A stretch of DNA of 64,000 nucleotides from Cyanobacteria bacterium auto_48_18 (GCA_036170915.1 JAVHQC010000022.1:401713-465712); one strand, 5' to 3'; counted from the stretch's first letter, positions 18,693 through 28,873 are shown. Made by a program: numbers and translations. The notes: generated by a model not told the origin, from the sequence alone.

Positions 18693-20329
18693 AGGTTGCT
18701 GCCTTGAATTTGTATTTGAGTTTTACCGTCAATCACGGCAATCACCGCCGGATATTCGAAGAATGCCAGCAGCGCCAGGCTGCGCAATGGTTTAAACAGT
18801 TTTCTAGCGATTGGTATGGGGCCGTATGACCAGGCATTAATCACTTTTTCTTGTTGCCTGGCAGCAAGATTTTCAAACGGGCTAAAATTGGTCAGAATGG
18901 TAATGGTGCGAAAACCAAATATTCCCACTTTGAATAAAAAGCGCAATTTCGTCGGCAGTGAGCCGAGTTCAGAGCAGGCAAATTCTGTGGCGTAACGTAT
19001 TGCTGCTGCTCTTTGCTCGTTTGTGAGCACAAGGGCTCCGGTGGGTAAAGATGCTGAAACCACAGCCAACCAGAAAGCGTCGACCTTGAAGCAATGATTG
19101 ATATTGCTTTGTGTTGGCACCGACGTGATTACTGATAAAGAGCTTTCAGTAGAAACTAAATTGGTGGCTGGTTTCGCTTCCCAGGCTAGAGCGGCTGTGG
19201 TGCCTAGTTCCAGGCCATAGCGGGCCATGGCGATCACTCCCCAGATGGTCACTGTGGAGTAGAATACCAGGTGCACCACCACAGCATACGATAGGGCCGT
19301 AGACTCAGAAACTTGGCCAATACTTTCGTTGATAAGTAGTCCGAGATTGTCTAGATTGCTGGGCAATTGATAGTGGTGAGGCAATATGTGGCTCTCGCCG
19401 GCTGTCACCGCCCGCAGTGCCGTACTGCAACAAATCTGGTACGGCCCGACATAACCAGGGGTGGACGGAATAAGAATGCCGAGATTGGTAAACGCCATCA
19501 CAGCAACAGCTTTGACGATGTTAATGGGCAAATTGAAACATGGCATCACCATGGCAAACATCAGACCTTCCACGATCCAGATAAGAAAGCTGTTGCACAG
19601 AACAGACAGCGCCGTAGAGGCGTCACGCAAGCAGCTGAGACCACGGGTGACTTGAGTAACCAGGGCGAGGGCGCGGTTGTGCCACTTGCGACCAAGGGGA
19701 ATGCTCAGTTGCGATGCCAGTGAAAGTGACAGTTGAGGCGAGAAAGCCAGAATCATCACACAGGGAATGGCACAACCAAAGATGACTGCGGCCACTGCAG
19801 CCGCGGTTTTCATCCACTGGTCTGTGGGGGTGACGAAGCTGGCCAGGACAAAAAGCGAAAGGATGGTCAGGCCGTCGAGCAGCCGCTCGAGGAAGGTGAC
19901 AGTCAATGAAAGCGCGTATGGTAAACCGGTGCGTTCGGCTAACATGCCTGCTCTGGCAAATTCGCCTAAACGAGCCGGCAAAATGTTATTGGTGGCATAG
20001 CCCACGGCGATGATGTTGCTGGCTGTGGCCACAGTCAAATTAGCCTCAGTGCTGACTAGCTGTTTGAGCCGCCAACCGCGCAAAAGCATTCCCACCAGAT
20101 AGGTCAAAACTGCAAGAGGTAACCACGGCAGCCAGGTGGCTGTGGTAAAGGCATCTTCTACCAGGTGCCAATTAATCTTTTTGGCGGTCATGACAAGCAG
20201 TAAGAGGCTGATAATAAAGCCGCCAGCCACCACGGCTCCTCGCGACTTGATAATTCTTGTGAGAGTTACCGAGTGACTTTTGCCCTCTGGTTGTGTGCTT
20301 TCGGGGCCTTCGCCCGGCTCGTTCATCAA
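18689..20329 (-). CDS. Lysylphosphatidylglycerol-synthase-TM (flippase-like) protein with extra C-terminal helical domain
   Basis: LRGWR, NNILPARLGEFAR, ERLLD, PSTPGYVGPY; about 130-aa C-terminal extension; overlaps the GMC start by 4 nt. Confidence 0.85.
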   Translation of the reverse strand: MMNEPGEGPESTQPEGKSHSVTLTRIIKSRGAVVAGGFIISLLLLVMTAKKINWHLVEDAFTTATWLPWLPLAVLTYLVGMLLRGWRLKQLVSTEANLTVATASNIIAVGYATNNILPARLGEFARAGMLAERTGLPYALSLTVTFLERLLDGLTILSLFVLASFVTPTDQWMKTAAAVAAVIFGCAIPCVMILAFSPQLSLSLASQLSIPLGRKWHNRALALVTQVTRGLSCLRDASTALSVLCNSFLIWIVEGLMFAMVMPCFNLPINIVKAVAVMAFTNLGILIPSTPGYVGPYQICCSTALRAVTAGESHILPHHYQLPSNLDNLGLLINESIGQVSESTALSYAVVVHLVFYSTVTIWGVIAMARYGLELGTTAALAWEAKPATNLVSTESSLSVITSVPTQSNINHCFKVDAFWLAVVSASLPTGALVLTNEQRAAAIRYATEFACSELGSLPTKLRFLFKVGIFGFRTITILTNFSPFENLAARQQEKVINAWSYGPIPIARKLFKPLRSLALLAFFEYPAVIAVIDGKTQIQIQGSNL

Positions 20330-20455
20330 ATGCGCAACCGTACTGATAGCTAGTAAACAGAAAGCCTGCCAGCTAAAATCTTCCCATTATTGAGGGCTTT
20401 AATGCACCTGATCTTAATTAGCTTGCATAACTACATAGTTATTAGAGAGTAAAAA

Positions 20456-21973
20456 GTGGACGAGTCGACGCTCAGAATTTATCTAAGAAGGGTGCTGGCG
20501 GTGCCGGCAGGAGCTTCACGCAAGGTTTTGCGTTCTGCTCGTGATCGCCGGTCGGGGCTTTGGCGAGAAAAGCTGCTTGCTGCGCCTGCTTCTGAAAAAC
20601 AGCTATTTGAGCAGCGGCTGGCAATTACCAATACTGCGTACGATGTGCTGAGCGACGCAGTGCGTTTTCGCACTTTCTACACCCGCCTGGAGGCCGGCGA
20701 AGAAGTGTTGCCGGAGCTTGAGCTGCTGCTCGCCGGTTTGGGTGAGTCAAGCCCTAAGCCGCTGCCGGCCAGGGTAGTCGAGAAGCGTTTGGCAGCGGTG
20801 CACGAGCGCATGCAGCGCACGCAAACTTTAATCGAGAGCGCCATTCGTGAGGCGGTGGATAACGAAGCAAAGCGTTTGCAAGAGCAAAGCGTGCCCGATG
20901 CAGACGAGTTTTATGATGCTGTTTATGCGTGTGGCATTGCCGCGGGCACACGGGTCAAAGAAGATGAAATTGCCAACTCAGGCAAGAACAAAATTTTAGA
21001 CGAAAATTGCCTGGCCGAACTCGACGCCACCATCACCGACACTTCAGAAATGGCTGCCCACAAGGCTTATGACAAGCTTGAAGCTAAAGTTGCCACCAGT
21101 ACCGCCGAAGAAGCCACACCAGCGAACCGTTCTACCGCCCTGGCCTTAAGTTTGATTATTCTGGTGCTTGTTTTTGGTGCCGCTTATTTTACGCTCAGTC
21201 GCGACCCCTCATCATTTCTAGCTGCTCCAGCTCCTGTAGTCACTCTAACCGAAGCAGAAGCATTAGCTTGTGAGAGTCCTCAAGACGCAAAAATTTTGGC
21301 CAGCCCTGATCAAAAAATTGCTGGTGGCGCTGGTCTTATTGCTACAGCAGGAGCGGCTGGACTGGCCGGCAGCATCAATAATGACACTGAAGACGGCCAA
21401 ATTAGCTATCACGAAGGCATTCAAGCTGCCATCTCAGGTGATACCACTCAAGCGTTGGCAGATTTTGATAAGGCTTACCAGGCCAATGCCAATTTAAAAG
21501 TGGCTTTATACAATAAAGGCAATCTACTGGCTCTTACAGGTCGGCCTGTGGAGGCCATCGCTAGCTATTCGGAATTTCTCAAATTTAAACCAAATCTTGC
21601 TCAGGCTTATTACAATCGTGGCCTGGCGCATCAGACGCTGGCATTACAGGCGGTATCAAATCAGTCTGACGAAAATAGGCGTGCCACTGCTGGTCAGGAA
21701 TTGCAAAAGGCAATTGCCAACTACAATTGCTGCTTGAAGATCAATCCGCGTTGCGCCCAGGCCTATTACAACCGTGGCTTTGCCGGCTATTGTCTTGGTC
21801 AGTTTGAGCAGGCCCTATCTGATTTTGAAAAGGCCCAGAGTTTGCTGCCCATACTGGAAGCGGCTAATTTCAACAAAAATGCAGTGGCTGCGCAGTTGCA
21901 CAGGCCTGTTGAGCCTATAGCTAAAGTGCCACCAACAGCGCCTATTGGACCGGTTGGTCCGCCTGGGTCTTAG
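20456..21973 (+). CDS. Degenerate J-domain + TM + TPR protein
   Basis: N-terminal VLAV…AS…AYDVLSD resembles a J-domain but lacks HPD; one TM helix; several AYYNRG TPR repeats. Confidence 0.7.
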   Translation: MDESTLRIYLRRVLAVPAGASRKVLRSARDRRSGLWREKLLAAPASEKQLFEQRLAITNTAYDVLSDAVRFRTFYTRLEAGEEVLPELELLLAGLGESSPKPLPARVVEKRLAAVHERMQRTQTLIESAIREAVDNEAKRLQEQSVPDADEFYDAVYACGIAAGTRVKEDEIANSGKNKILDENCLAELDATITDTSEMAAHKAYDKLEAKVATSTAEEATPANRSTALALSLIILVLVFGAAYFTLSRDPSSFLAAPAPVVTLTEAEALACESPQDAKILASPDQKIAGGAGLIATAGAAGLAGSINNDTEDGQISYHEGIQAAISGDTTQALADFDKAYQANANLKVALYNKGNLLALTGRPVEAIASYSEFLKFKPNLAQAYYNRGLAHQTLALQAVSNQSDENRRATAGQELQKAIANYNCCLKINPRCAQAYYNRGFAGYCLGQFEQALSDFEKAQSLLPILEAANFNKNAVAAQLHRPVEPIAKVPPTAPIGPVGPPGS

Positions 21974-22011
21974 CCCTATTTAGCTTTATTTTTAAGCTCT
22001 ACTTCTTAGCT

Positions 22012-22512
22012 CTATTTGCCGGCTCGTTTTTGTAAAATTGCTTGTGAAGCGCCGCCGTGCTGTACACCCTTACTGTCTACAAATGCCCAGTCTTCAATAT
22101 CAGGCGTTTTGACAGTGACGGCCATACCAGCCTTAATGCCGGGCAGATAGACTGAATCTTTTTCAAGATGGCCGACGATTTCGTTGTCATAGACTCTATC
22201 TACTTCAATCCACTTAAATTCAGATTTGCCGCTGTCGTAAAGGCATGAATTGACTGCGAATTTTTCACCTTTTTGTTTGACATTGAATGCTTCCACAAAT
22301 TCTTTCCAATTAGCTTGAGCGTCGGCTTTAACTTTGGCCAATTCAGGATCGACGGTCTTGCCGTTGACAAAACCTTCAGGCGCTTTGGGCACCTGAGCTT
22401 GAGGTGTGGAGCACGCCGCTAGAGAAACCATGGCCACCATCATCAGGCTTGCAGTCAAAGCATGAGTGTTGAACCGGGAAAGCGTTGCTGGCATCAAAAA
22501 TTTGTCTGACAT
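22012..22512 (-). CDS. DUF2314/YegJ-like lipoprotein
   Basis: Lipobox LAAC; E.KWI, I.G.L, DIEDW…G…GG motifs. Confidence 0.75.
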   Translation of the reverse strand: MSDKFLMPATLSRFNTHALTASLMMVAMVSLAACSTPQAQVPKAPEGFVNGKTVDPELAKVKADAQANWKEFVEAFNVKQKGEKFAVNSCLYDSGKSEFKWIEVDRVYDNEIVGHLEKDSVYLPGIKAGMAVTVKTPDIEDWAFVDSKGVQHGGASQAILQKRAGK

Positions 22513-22594
22513 GTTTTCTCTCGAATTGGAACTTAAGCGGTGGTAACAGTCAGATTGTAGCAGGCTCTAGAGCGCGTGGTCGTCAGTGATGAGC

Positions 22595-24637
22595 TTAGTC
22601 GTTAATTAAGCTTGAAGCCTGGTTAATCTCTTCATTAACGCTTTTGCGCTCTTCTTTGGTTAATCGAGGGACGCTGGTTTCAATTTTAATTTGCTTGGCT
22701 AGCAGTCGAGGATCTCTGACGTTAATGGACGGTTGTTCGGTGAGGCGTACTAGTGTTTTTTGTGGCAATGCGGCGAGCACGGGTAGACAATCTGGTGTCA
22801 GGTCTGAAAATCTGATGTCGAGCTCCCGCAACGTCTTTATTTTTGTCAGCAGTTTGAGGCTTTCCAACGTAATGATATTGCGTGGAATAAACAATTCTTG
22901 CAAATGCCGCATGCGAGCAATTTTTTTGAAATCATCCAACTCCAGTTCAGAACTCTCTAGAGCCAGCCGGCGCAGATGTTTGTGGTCAATTAAGTGATCT
23001 AAGAGATCGGATGCATCGGCGCAGTTAGAGAATTCAAGAGTTTGGAGCGTCTCAAACATGGGAAGTTTGTACACTTGATCAGGTGTGATCGTGGTTTGAT
23101 TGAGCAGCAAGTCGGTTAACCTGGGCATCTTGTTTAGCACCATAAGGCTTTTACCATCGCAATCAGTGCTTGTGAGATTAACACGCTGCAGACCTGTAAG
23201 GTGCTGACACTGTTGCAAAGTTTTAGAGCAGTTCCAGCCGCAGTCTGACAGGTCTAAGCAATACAGATCGTTTGGGCCGAAACCTTTCAGCAAGTAAGCC
23301 TTTTCGGTTAAATCATGATGTGCGATAAAAATTAGAGCGGCACCCGGCGGAACCGAAAGCACGCCATCTCTTACAGTTGCGACCTCGGGAACGCCTTTGA
23401 CTAAGAACTCAAAGCGACCTTTCGTAATAGCGGCTGGAAACTTGAAGATTCTGTTTTTGCCATCAATGTGTGAAAGAAAAGGCTTCAGCGGAGCGGGTTT
23501 CGCTGGTGGCTCCGTCTTTGTAGCCGAAATTTTGGTAGTTTTGATTTCACCTTTGGTGGCCAGTAGAGTGGTGGCGCTTGTGGTGGCGAGGCCAAGAATT
23601 ACTATAACCAGTGCTCCAACAAGTGCTAAGTTTCTACGCTTAGTTTGCAGAGAAATTTGCGCAAATTTCTCTATGGTTGAACTGTCGCTGCCAGATTCGT
23701 GCTGATTACCATGATCTTGGGGCCGCAAGCGCCGCAGCGGCTGCCCGACTCGATTGTCGGCGTGCCCCGCGTTTTGCGCTTGTAACTTACCTAGATCGTC
23801 TATCAGTCTGGTGGCGCTTCGATAACGATCAGCGGGATCTTTTTTCAGCAGTTTGGCCACAATTTTTTCTATCTCGGGCGAAAACTCGCTGCCTTCAGAT
23901 GCCATGCTGGCCAGTGTCGGCGCCGGTGCGCTTTGATGCATCAGCAAAGTCTGTACGGCATTTTGTCCTTTAAACGGTACTGTGCCTGTAAGCGCTTCAA
24001 ACAGGCTGACGCCGATGCTATAGAGATCGCTTGCATAACCAAGGGATGCGCCGGACGTTTGCTCTGGGCTCATATAATATGGCGAGCCTAAAATCTCGCC
24101 CGTGGCAGTGAGCTTCTGCACCATATCTCCCACTGATTTCACCAGGCCGAAATCTACCAGTTTGATGTCGGCGCCACTGAGCATGATATTGGCCGGTTTT
24201 ATATCGCGGTGAATAATCTCAAATTGGTGGGCATGCTCAAGGCCACAGCAGACCGCCAAAAATATTCTGATTGCCTCAGCTTCGTCCAGCGGCCCTTCGC
24301 GCAGAATGCGCTCTCGCAGGCTTTCTCCTGCCAGTAAATCCATCACATAGTACGGCACACGTTTCTGGTAAATGCCCATATTGTGCACTTTGACCAGATT
24401 CGGATGCGAAAGTTTAGCAATAGCGCGGGCTTCGGCTTGAAAACGCCGCCAGTGAACCTGATTTTCTTCCCCTAATCTAAGAGCTTTAAGGGCGTAGCGA
24501 CTTTTTAAGATGATATGTTCGCACAGATAAACTTTGCCCATGCCGCCCTGGCCGAGCAACGAGATGATTTCATAGGCATCGTCGACGATTACACCTGGCT
24601 GTAAATCGTCACTTAGATAGTCATCATGGTAGGTCAA
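22595..24637 (-). CDS. Ser/Thr protein kinase - TM - LRR receptor-like kinase
   Basis: LGQGGMG, ALK, HRDIKPAN, DFG, GSPYYMSPE; one TM; C-terminal LRRs. Confidence 0.92.
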   Translation of the reverse strand: MTYHDDYLSDDLQPGVIVDDAYEIISLLGQGGMGKVYLCEHIILKSRYALKALRLGEENQVHWRRFQAEARAIAKLSHPNLVKVHNMGIYQKRVPYYVMDLLAGESLRERILREGPLDEAEAIRIFLAVCCGLEHAHQFEIIHRDIKPANIMLSGADIKLVDFGLVKSVGDMVQKLTATGEILGSPYYMSPEQTSGASLGYASDLYSIGVSLFEALTGTVPFKGQNAVQTLLMHQSAPAPTLASMASEGSEFSPEIEKIVAKLLKKDPADRYRSATRLIDDLGKLQAQNAGHADNRVGQPLRRLRPQDHGNQHESGSDSSTIEKFAQISLQTKRRNLALVGALVIVILGLATTSATTLLATKGEIKTTKISATKTEPPAKPAPLKPFLSHIDGKNRIFKFPAAITKGRFEFLVKGVPEVATVRDGVLSVPPGAALIFIAHHDLTEKAYLLKGFGPNDLYCLDLSDCGWNCSKTLQQCQHLTGLQRVNLTSTDCDGKSLMVLNKMPRLTDLLLNQTTITPDQVYKLPMFETLQTLEFSNCADASDLLDHLIDHKHLRRLALESSELELDDFKKIARMRHLQELFIPRNIITLESLKLLTKIKTLRELDIRFSDLTPDCLPVLAALPQKTLVRLTEQPSINVRDPRLLAKQIKIETSVPRLTKEERKSVNEEINQASSLIND

Positions 24638-24780
24638 TGGTCAATTGCTTTCCTGGCGCAGCTACCCTGCCTATATACCCTGATATAAGCACATGGCAGC
24701 CATTAATCTAGGCCTTTTCATTAGCCGTCACTCGTGGCAGTTAAATTTTGCTACCGAGCCAAGCGAATCATTTAAACTGA

Positions 24781-25815
24781 TTAGCCAAACCGTGACACCA
24801 GCTTTAATACCGTTAAAATTTGTTCTTTAAGCGGTTTGCGGTGGGCTGATATAGATTTTGTCGCCATTAGCTGATCATAGTTAGCTATGAAAGAATCGTA
24901 GCTGGCGGCGAGCATTTCGTCATTAGAGTATTTTGGCTGCCAACCCAGTTGCTTCAGTGGTTCTACATCAAAGTAGAAATCTTCGCCATATGTCAAATAG
25001 TGCCAGGGCGCCAGTGGTGATAACTTGACGGCATCAAGAGTTTGCAATGTACCCACGGTCAGTGCGTGCGGCAGGCGTTTGACTTTTGATTTGGAGCCGG
25101 CGTGTGCAATCAGATTTTCCAGGCACTGTCCGATGGGGTTGAAGCGGTCTGTGCCGACGTTGTAGAGACCAGGTTTGTTTAATTCAACCAGCATCAAATA
25201 ACAATCAATCAGATCTTGAGCATGCAGGAACTGGATTTGATTTTTGCCCGAGCCAATCACGTAGACATTGATGTCGCTTTTGATCCAGTCAAATAATAGT
25301 TGAAAAATTCCCAGGCGACCGTCAGCAATAATGGTGCGCGGCCGCACCGCTATTAGTGGCATACCTGCTTGAGCAGCAATTTGTCTGGCGACAAGTTCGC
25401 CCTCTAATTTGCTTTCGCCATAAATTTCAACCGGTTTTGTAGCAGTGTCGTTGGTAATTGGGCAAGGCGCGCAGCCAAAAATGGCTGAAGAACTGGTGTG
25501 AATAAAACATTGCACGTTGGCTTTGACCGCTTCTTCGGCCACAATTCTGGTGCCTTCCACATTAACCTTTTGAAACTGGTCGCCGGCTTTAGTGAGCGGC
25601 ACCAGGGCAGCTGTGTGGTGGACGATATGAACGCCCTGCATGGCGCGCGCCACCGCATCTCGGTCAAGCACGCTGGCCAGCACAAATTCTGCTTTTTGCG
25701 GCCGCTCACGGTCTTCCCAGATGTCGAGAATGCGCACATCTTCGCCACGTGCTACCAGATGTATCGCAATTAAATTGCCAAGAAAACCCGACCCGCCAGT
25801 TACTAAATGTTTCAT
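24781..25815 (-). CDS. NAD-dependent epimerase/dehydratase (extended SDR)
   Basis: LVTGGSGFLG, YGESK, RPRTI; ATG at 25815. Confidence 0.9.
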   Translation of the reverse strand: MKHLVTGGSGFLGNLIAIHLVARGEDVRILDIWEDRERPQKAEFVLASVLDRDAVARAMQGVHIVHHTAALVPLTKAGDQFQKVNVEGTRIVAEEAVKANVQCFIHTSSSAIFGCAPCPITNDTATKPVEIYGESKLEGELVARQIAAQAGMPLIAVRPRTIIADGRLGIFQLLFDWIKSDINVYVIGSGKNQIQFLHAQDLIDCYLMLVELNKPGLYNVGTDRFNPIGQCLENLIAHAGSKSKVKRLPHALTVGTLQTLDAVKLSPLAPWHYLTYGEDFYFDVEPLKQLGWQPKYSNDEMLAASYDSFIANYDQLMATKSISAHRKPLKEQILTVLKLVSRFG

Positions 25816-25894
25816 GGTACTTTTTGTTGCTAGAGTTACCAATATTTTGGCAGCTTCGGCATTGTTTAGGTGGAATCTGGGATATTAAGTTGCC

Positions 25895-26872
25895 ATGGCC
25901 GACATAGAAAATAAACTAAATCAGGCACGCAAATTTAGCCTCAGGCTACCAGGTACGACGAGCAATCTCGGGCCAGGTCTAGATTGCCTCGGTCTGGCTC
26001 TCAACATCTACAGCAAAATGTCCTTTTTCGTTTTAGACCAGAACGATCCCGGCATTCCCCTGATAACCTTTAAGGGCAGTATTGCCAAGAGCGGAATGGC
26101 TCAAGATCAAGGCCGCCTCACATACACGATTTTGAGCAAGCTCTGGCAACGTGACCACGATCTTTTGCAGCGCGTGCGCATCGTGGTAGATTCTGAAATT
26201 CCACTTGGTGTCGGCCTTGGCTCGAGTGCCACAGCCATTCTAGGTGCTCTCTGGGCGGCCAGTGTGCTCACCGATCGAATTCCGAGCACGGCAGGTTTGC
26301 TGGCTGAGGCCTGTGCTCTTGAGGGTCATCCTGAAACTTTTTCTGCCTGCCTGCTTGGTGGTCTGGTGGTGTCGAGCCCCATGAACGACGGCACCAAGAT
26401 TGTGACGCAGAAGCTGGTTTGGCCCTCTGACTGGCATTTCTTAGTAGTTTCGCCTCAATACTCACTGAACACTGCCAGCTCCCGCTCAATTTTGCCAGCC
26501 ACTGTAAAAATGCAAGATGCCATTCACAATGTGCAAAAAGTAGCCTTGCTTGTGGCCGCCGTGGCGCGAGCAGATGAAGCGGCTTTTCGAGACGCCCTTG
26601 ATGACAGATTGCACGAGCCTTATCGCATGCATCTGGTGCCTGAATTAGCCAAGTTGAGACGAGAGTTGATGAATGAACCGATTCTAGGTTGCACCTTATC
26701 TGGTGCCGGGTCGTCGGTGCTCATAATTGTGCATGAGAAACGCAAAGCACAGGTGTTGGAACGTCTTCAATATTGGGTGGCAACTGAAGCTAAGCCGCCG
26801 CGCATTTTGGATTGCCAGGTGGACGACCAGGGTGTGCAGGAATTTGAGTATAGTTCGGGCCCTGCGCGCTAG
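25895..26872 (+). CDS. thrB: Homoserine kinase-like GHMP kinase
   Basis: PGTTSNLGPGLD, PLGVGLGSS, LHEPYR, LSGAG; canonical HPDN reads HPET. Confidence 0.8.
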   Translation: MADIENKLNQARKFSLRLPGTTSNLGPGLDCLGLALNIYSKMSFFVLDQNDPGIPLITFKGSIAKSGMAQDQGRLTYTILSKLWQRDHDLLQRVRIVVDSEIPLGVGLGSSATAILGALWAASVLTDRIPSTAGLLAEACALEGHPETFSACLLGGLVVSSPMNDGTKIVTQKLVWPSDWHFLVVSPQYSLNTASSRSILPATVKMQDAIHNVQKVALLVAAVARADEAAFRDALDDRLHEPYRMHLVPELAKLRRELMNEPILGCTLSGAGSSVLIIVHEKRKAQVLERLQYWVATEAKPPRILDCQVDDQGVQEFEYSSGPAR

Positions 26873-26897
26873 CTAGCTTCAGATGCACCTCTTCGTG

Positions 26898-27836
26898 CTA
26901 CCTGTTCGTCACCGGTTTGTGCTGGCTGTTTTTAGTCATAGACTCAAGGTAGCTTTTAATTTGATCGAAGAATCCAATGCCAGATTTGCCGTTGTTAGTT
27001 TTTTGCTGAATTTCTGTGATCTGCTTGTGGAAAGAATCAAAATCACTCTTGGTTCCGTAACCGAGCGCTTCGGCAAGCTGTATGTCTCTGTCTGATCTGC
27101 TGACAAGATCTGATAGTTCTTTGTTTTGTGCTGCACTGCGATTTTTTGTGGCTGCTAACTTTTCGGCGTTTTGTAGCGAAATTTTCGCTTCAACAACAGG
27201 TAATGGCACCACTAGCTCCGTTATCACCAGGGTATTTAAAGCAGTCTGCAATACCTCTTTTGCCTCTACCGGCTTGTTGTCGTCGATTAGTTTGGCCGCT
27301 TTTTTAAGCGCGCCCGGATAGGTAGCTAGTGGAAGATTAGTAGTACTAATGACACTTTCGCTAGCTAGATTCATTAGGATGGCTCTGGCTTCTTGTATGC
27401 GACCCTCGTTTAATAGCTTTTGCGCTTCTTTGCGTGCATTTTTAATTGCCTCAATCGAAGCTGATACGTTGGTTGTGACAACTCTAACGTCAATGGGTAC
27501 TAGTGCGGCTTTAGGGTCACGAGCCAGAACAATCTCTAATTTTCCAGTTGCTCTTTCCAGCCCCGCCAGGGCTTCTTTGTTCTTGCCGTTATCTAGTGCC
27601 CTCAAAGCGTCTTGGGTTTCGCGCAAAGTACTAACTGCCTCAGCGACAATTTCTTTTCTTTTATCTGTCGTTTTCTGGATAGCTTGTTTGCTCACCTCGG
27701 CCTTGGTTGCAGACTTTTGCGTAGCTCGAGTTTGTGGACCGGGTAGCGCTTGCGCCTGAGTTAGTGCCGTAGATACGGCTACGGAGACACTGAGTGCTGC
27801 AGCTGTTTTTAGTTGTGTTTTTCTCCTGTAAAGCAT
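26898..27836 (-). CDS. YfdX family stress protein (secreted)
   Basis: Signal peptide; LERATGKLE…ARDP, LPLATYP.A, ALNTLV, AEALGYG motifs; AGGAGG RBS before ATG 27836. Confidence 0.85.
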   Translation of the reverse strand: MLYRRKTQLKTAAALSVSVAVSTALTQAQALPGPQTRATQKSATKAEVSKQAIQKTTDKRKEIVAEAVSTLRETQDALRALDNGKNKEALAGLERATGKLEIVLARDPKAALVPIDVRVVTTNVSASIEAIKNARKEAQKLLNEGRIQEARAILMNLASESVISTTNLPLATYPGALKKAAKLIDDNKPVEAKEVLQTALNTLVITELVVPLPVVEAKISLQNAEKLAATKNRSAAQNKELSDLVSRSDRDIQLAEALGYGTKSDFDSFHKQITEIQQKTNNGKSGIGFFDQIKSYLESMTKNSQHKPVTNR

Positions 27837-27908
27837 AACTTTCCTCCTGGTAGCTTGCAAAAGTTTCGTTATAGTTGCTCGCTGGCGGATCTAGAAAACC
27901 GCAGACAG

Positions 27909-28445
27909 CTAGTTATTGCCGCCCTTGCTTTGCACTGCCGGCCTGCTCGACACGACTGGAATTTTTTTGACGGACTCTTTGTAATGGGCTGTTTTTGGTA
28001 GTGTGATTGTCACCACTCCGTTTTTGAATGAGGCCTGCACTTTTTCGGTGTCGAAACAGTTTTGAGCCAGCGGAATATGTCGAGTGAATGCCCCATAGCG
28101 GCGTTCCGTTCGATAAACACCTTGAGCGTTTTCTCGTCTCTCTTCTTTCTTTTCGCCGCTTATGGTGAGCATGTCGCGAGACATTGAAATGTCGATATCT
28201 TTCTCTTCCATGCCTGGCACTTCCAAGCTAATTTGAAACTCTTTATCGGTTTCGTGCATGTCTAGATTTGGGCAAAAGCGGCTTTCAAGGCTGTTTAAAG
28301 CACTCATGTGTGAGTCGGAAAATCCGAGAAAGCGATTAAACATTTGGTCGAAGTCGCTCCACAGTGCCGGCACATCGTTGATGTTATCTTCACGCCGAAT
28401 AGGTAGATTTTTACGGCTCCATGGCAACAATTTAGTTAGTGACAT
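27909..28445 (-). CDS. Small heat shock protein (Hsp20/alpha-crystallin)
   Basis: P.LDMHET, EVPGM, LTISGEK, ERRYGAF.R, ASFKNGVVTITLPK; GAGGAGG RBS. Confidence 0.95.
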   Translation of the reverse strand: MSLTKLLPWSRKNLPIRREDNINDVPALWSDFDQMFNRFLGFSDSHMSALNSLESRFCPNLDMHETDKEFQISLEVPGMEEKDIDISMSRDMLTISGEKKEERRENAQGVYRTERRYGAFTRHIPLAQNCFDTEKVQASFKNGVVTITLPKTAHYKESVKKIPVVSSRPAVQSKGGNN

Positions 28446-28706
28446 TGTGCTAACCTCCTCTGTGAATGATAAGTATTTGGAGATGCGGGCGAATTAGTTT
28501 GCAGCCTGCGCCTTGTTTTTATCTGTTGTTCCATCCATAAGGCATCACCTCGATTTAAAAAATTCGAAAGTGCTACGTTATTAAATGCAAAATTGGTTTA
28601 GCAGAGCCAAGCGATGACTGCGCCTTTGCTCTATGCTTTTTTTATAACAATTTCCTTCTATGGCGCCTGTTTGTTTAATGATTTTTTCAACAAACTTTTA
28701 TCGCAA

Positions 28707-28769
28707 TTAAATCCCGCCCTTCAGCTTTTGCAAATCAGCTAAATCAGCCGCACGGCCTATCAACTGTTT
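28707..28769 (-). pseudogene. Displaced duplicate 3' end of the nucleotidyltransferase gene at 29404-29886
   Basis: Translates KQLIGRAADLADLQKLKGGI* versus KKLIGREADLADLQTLKSAN*; identical 15-mer ATCAGCTAAATCAGC at 28734-28748 and 29431-29445. Confidence 0.9.
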
Positions 28770-28797
28770 GCTGAGGGCCGGATGGGTGTGCTATAGT
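28768..28797 (+). promoter_or_regulatory. Putative sigma70-type promoter for the RNA/NYN cassette
   Basis: TTGCTG-N18-TATAGT with an extended -10 TG. Confidence 0.55.
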
Positions 28798-28802
28798 ATC
28801 GA

Positions 28803-28873
28803 CACTACCCCATGTGGTTTACCTGCATGGCCCCACCCGGAAGACTGCAAGGTTTGCCGGGTGGATTTTTTTT
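28803..28873 (+). ncRNA. Putative ~70-nt two-hairpin RNA ending in an intrinsic terminator, upstream of the NYN gene
   Basis: CCATGTGG-tttac-CTGCATGG (28810-28830), then CCACCCGG…CCGGGTGG (28833-28864) followed by A-T8. Confidence 0.55.
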
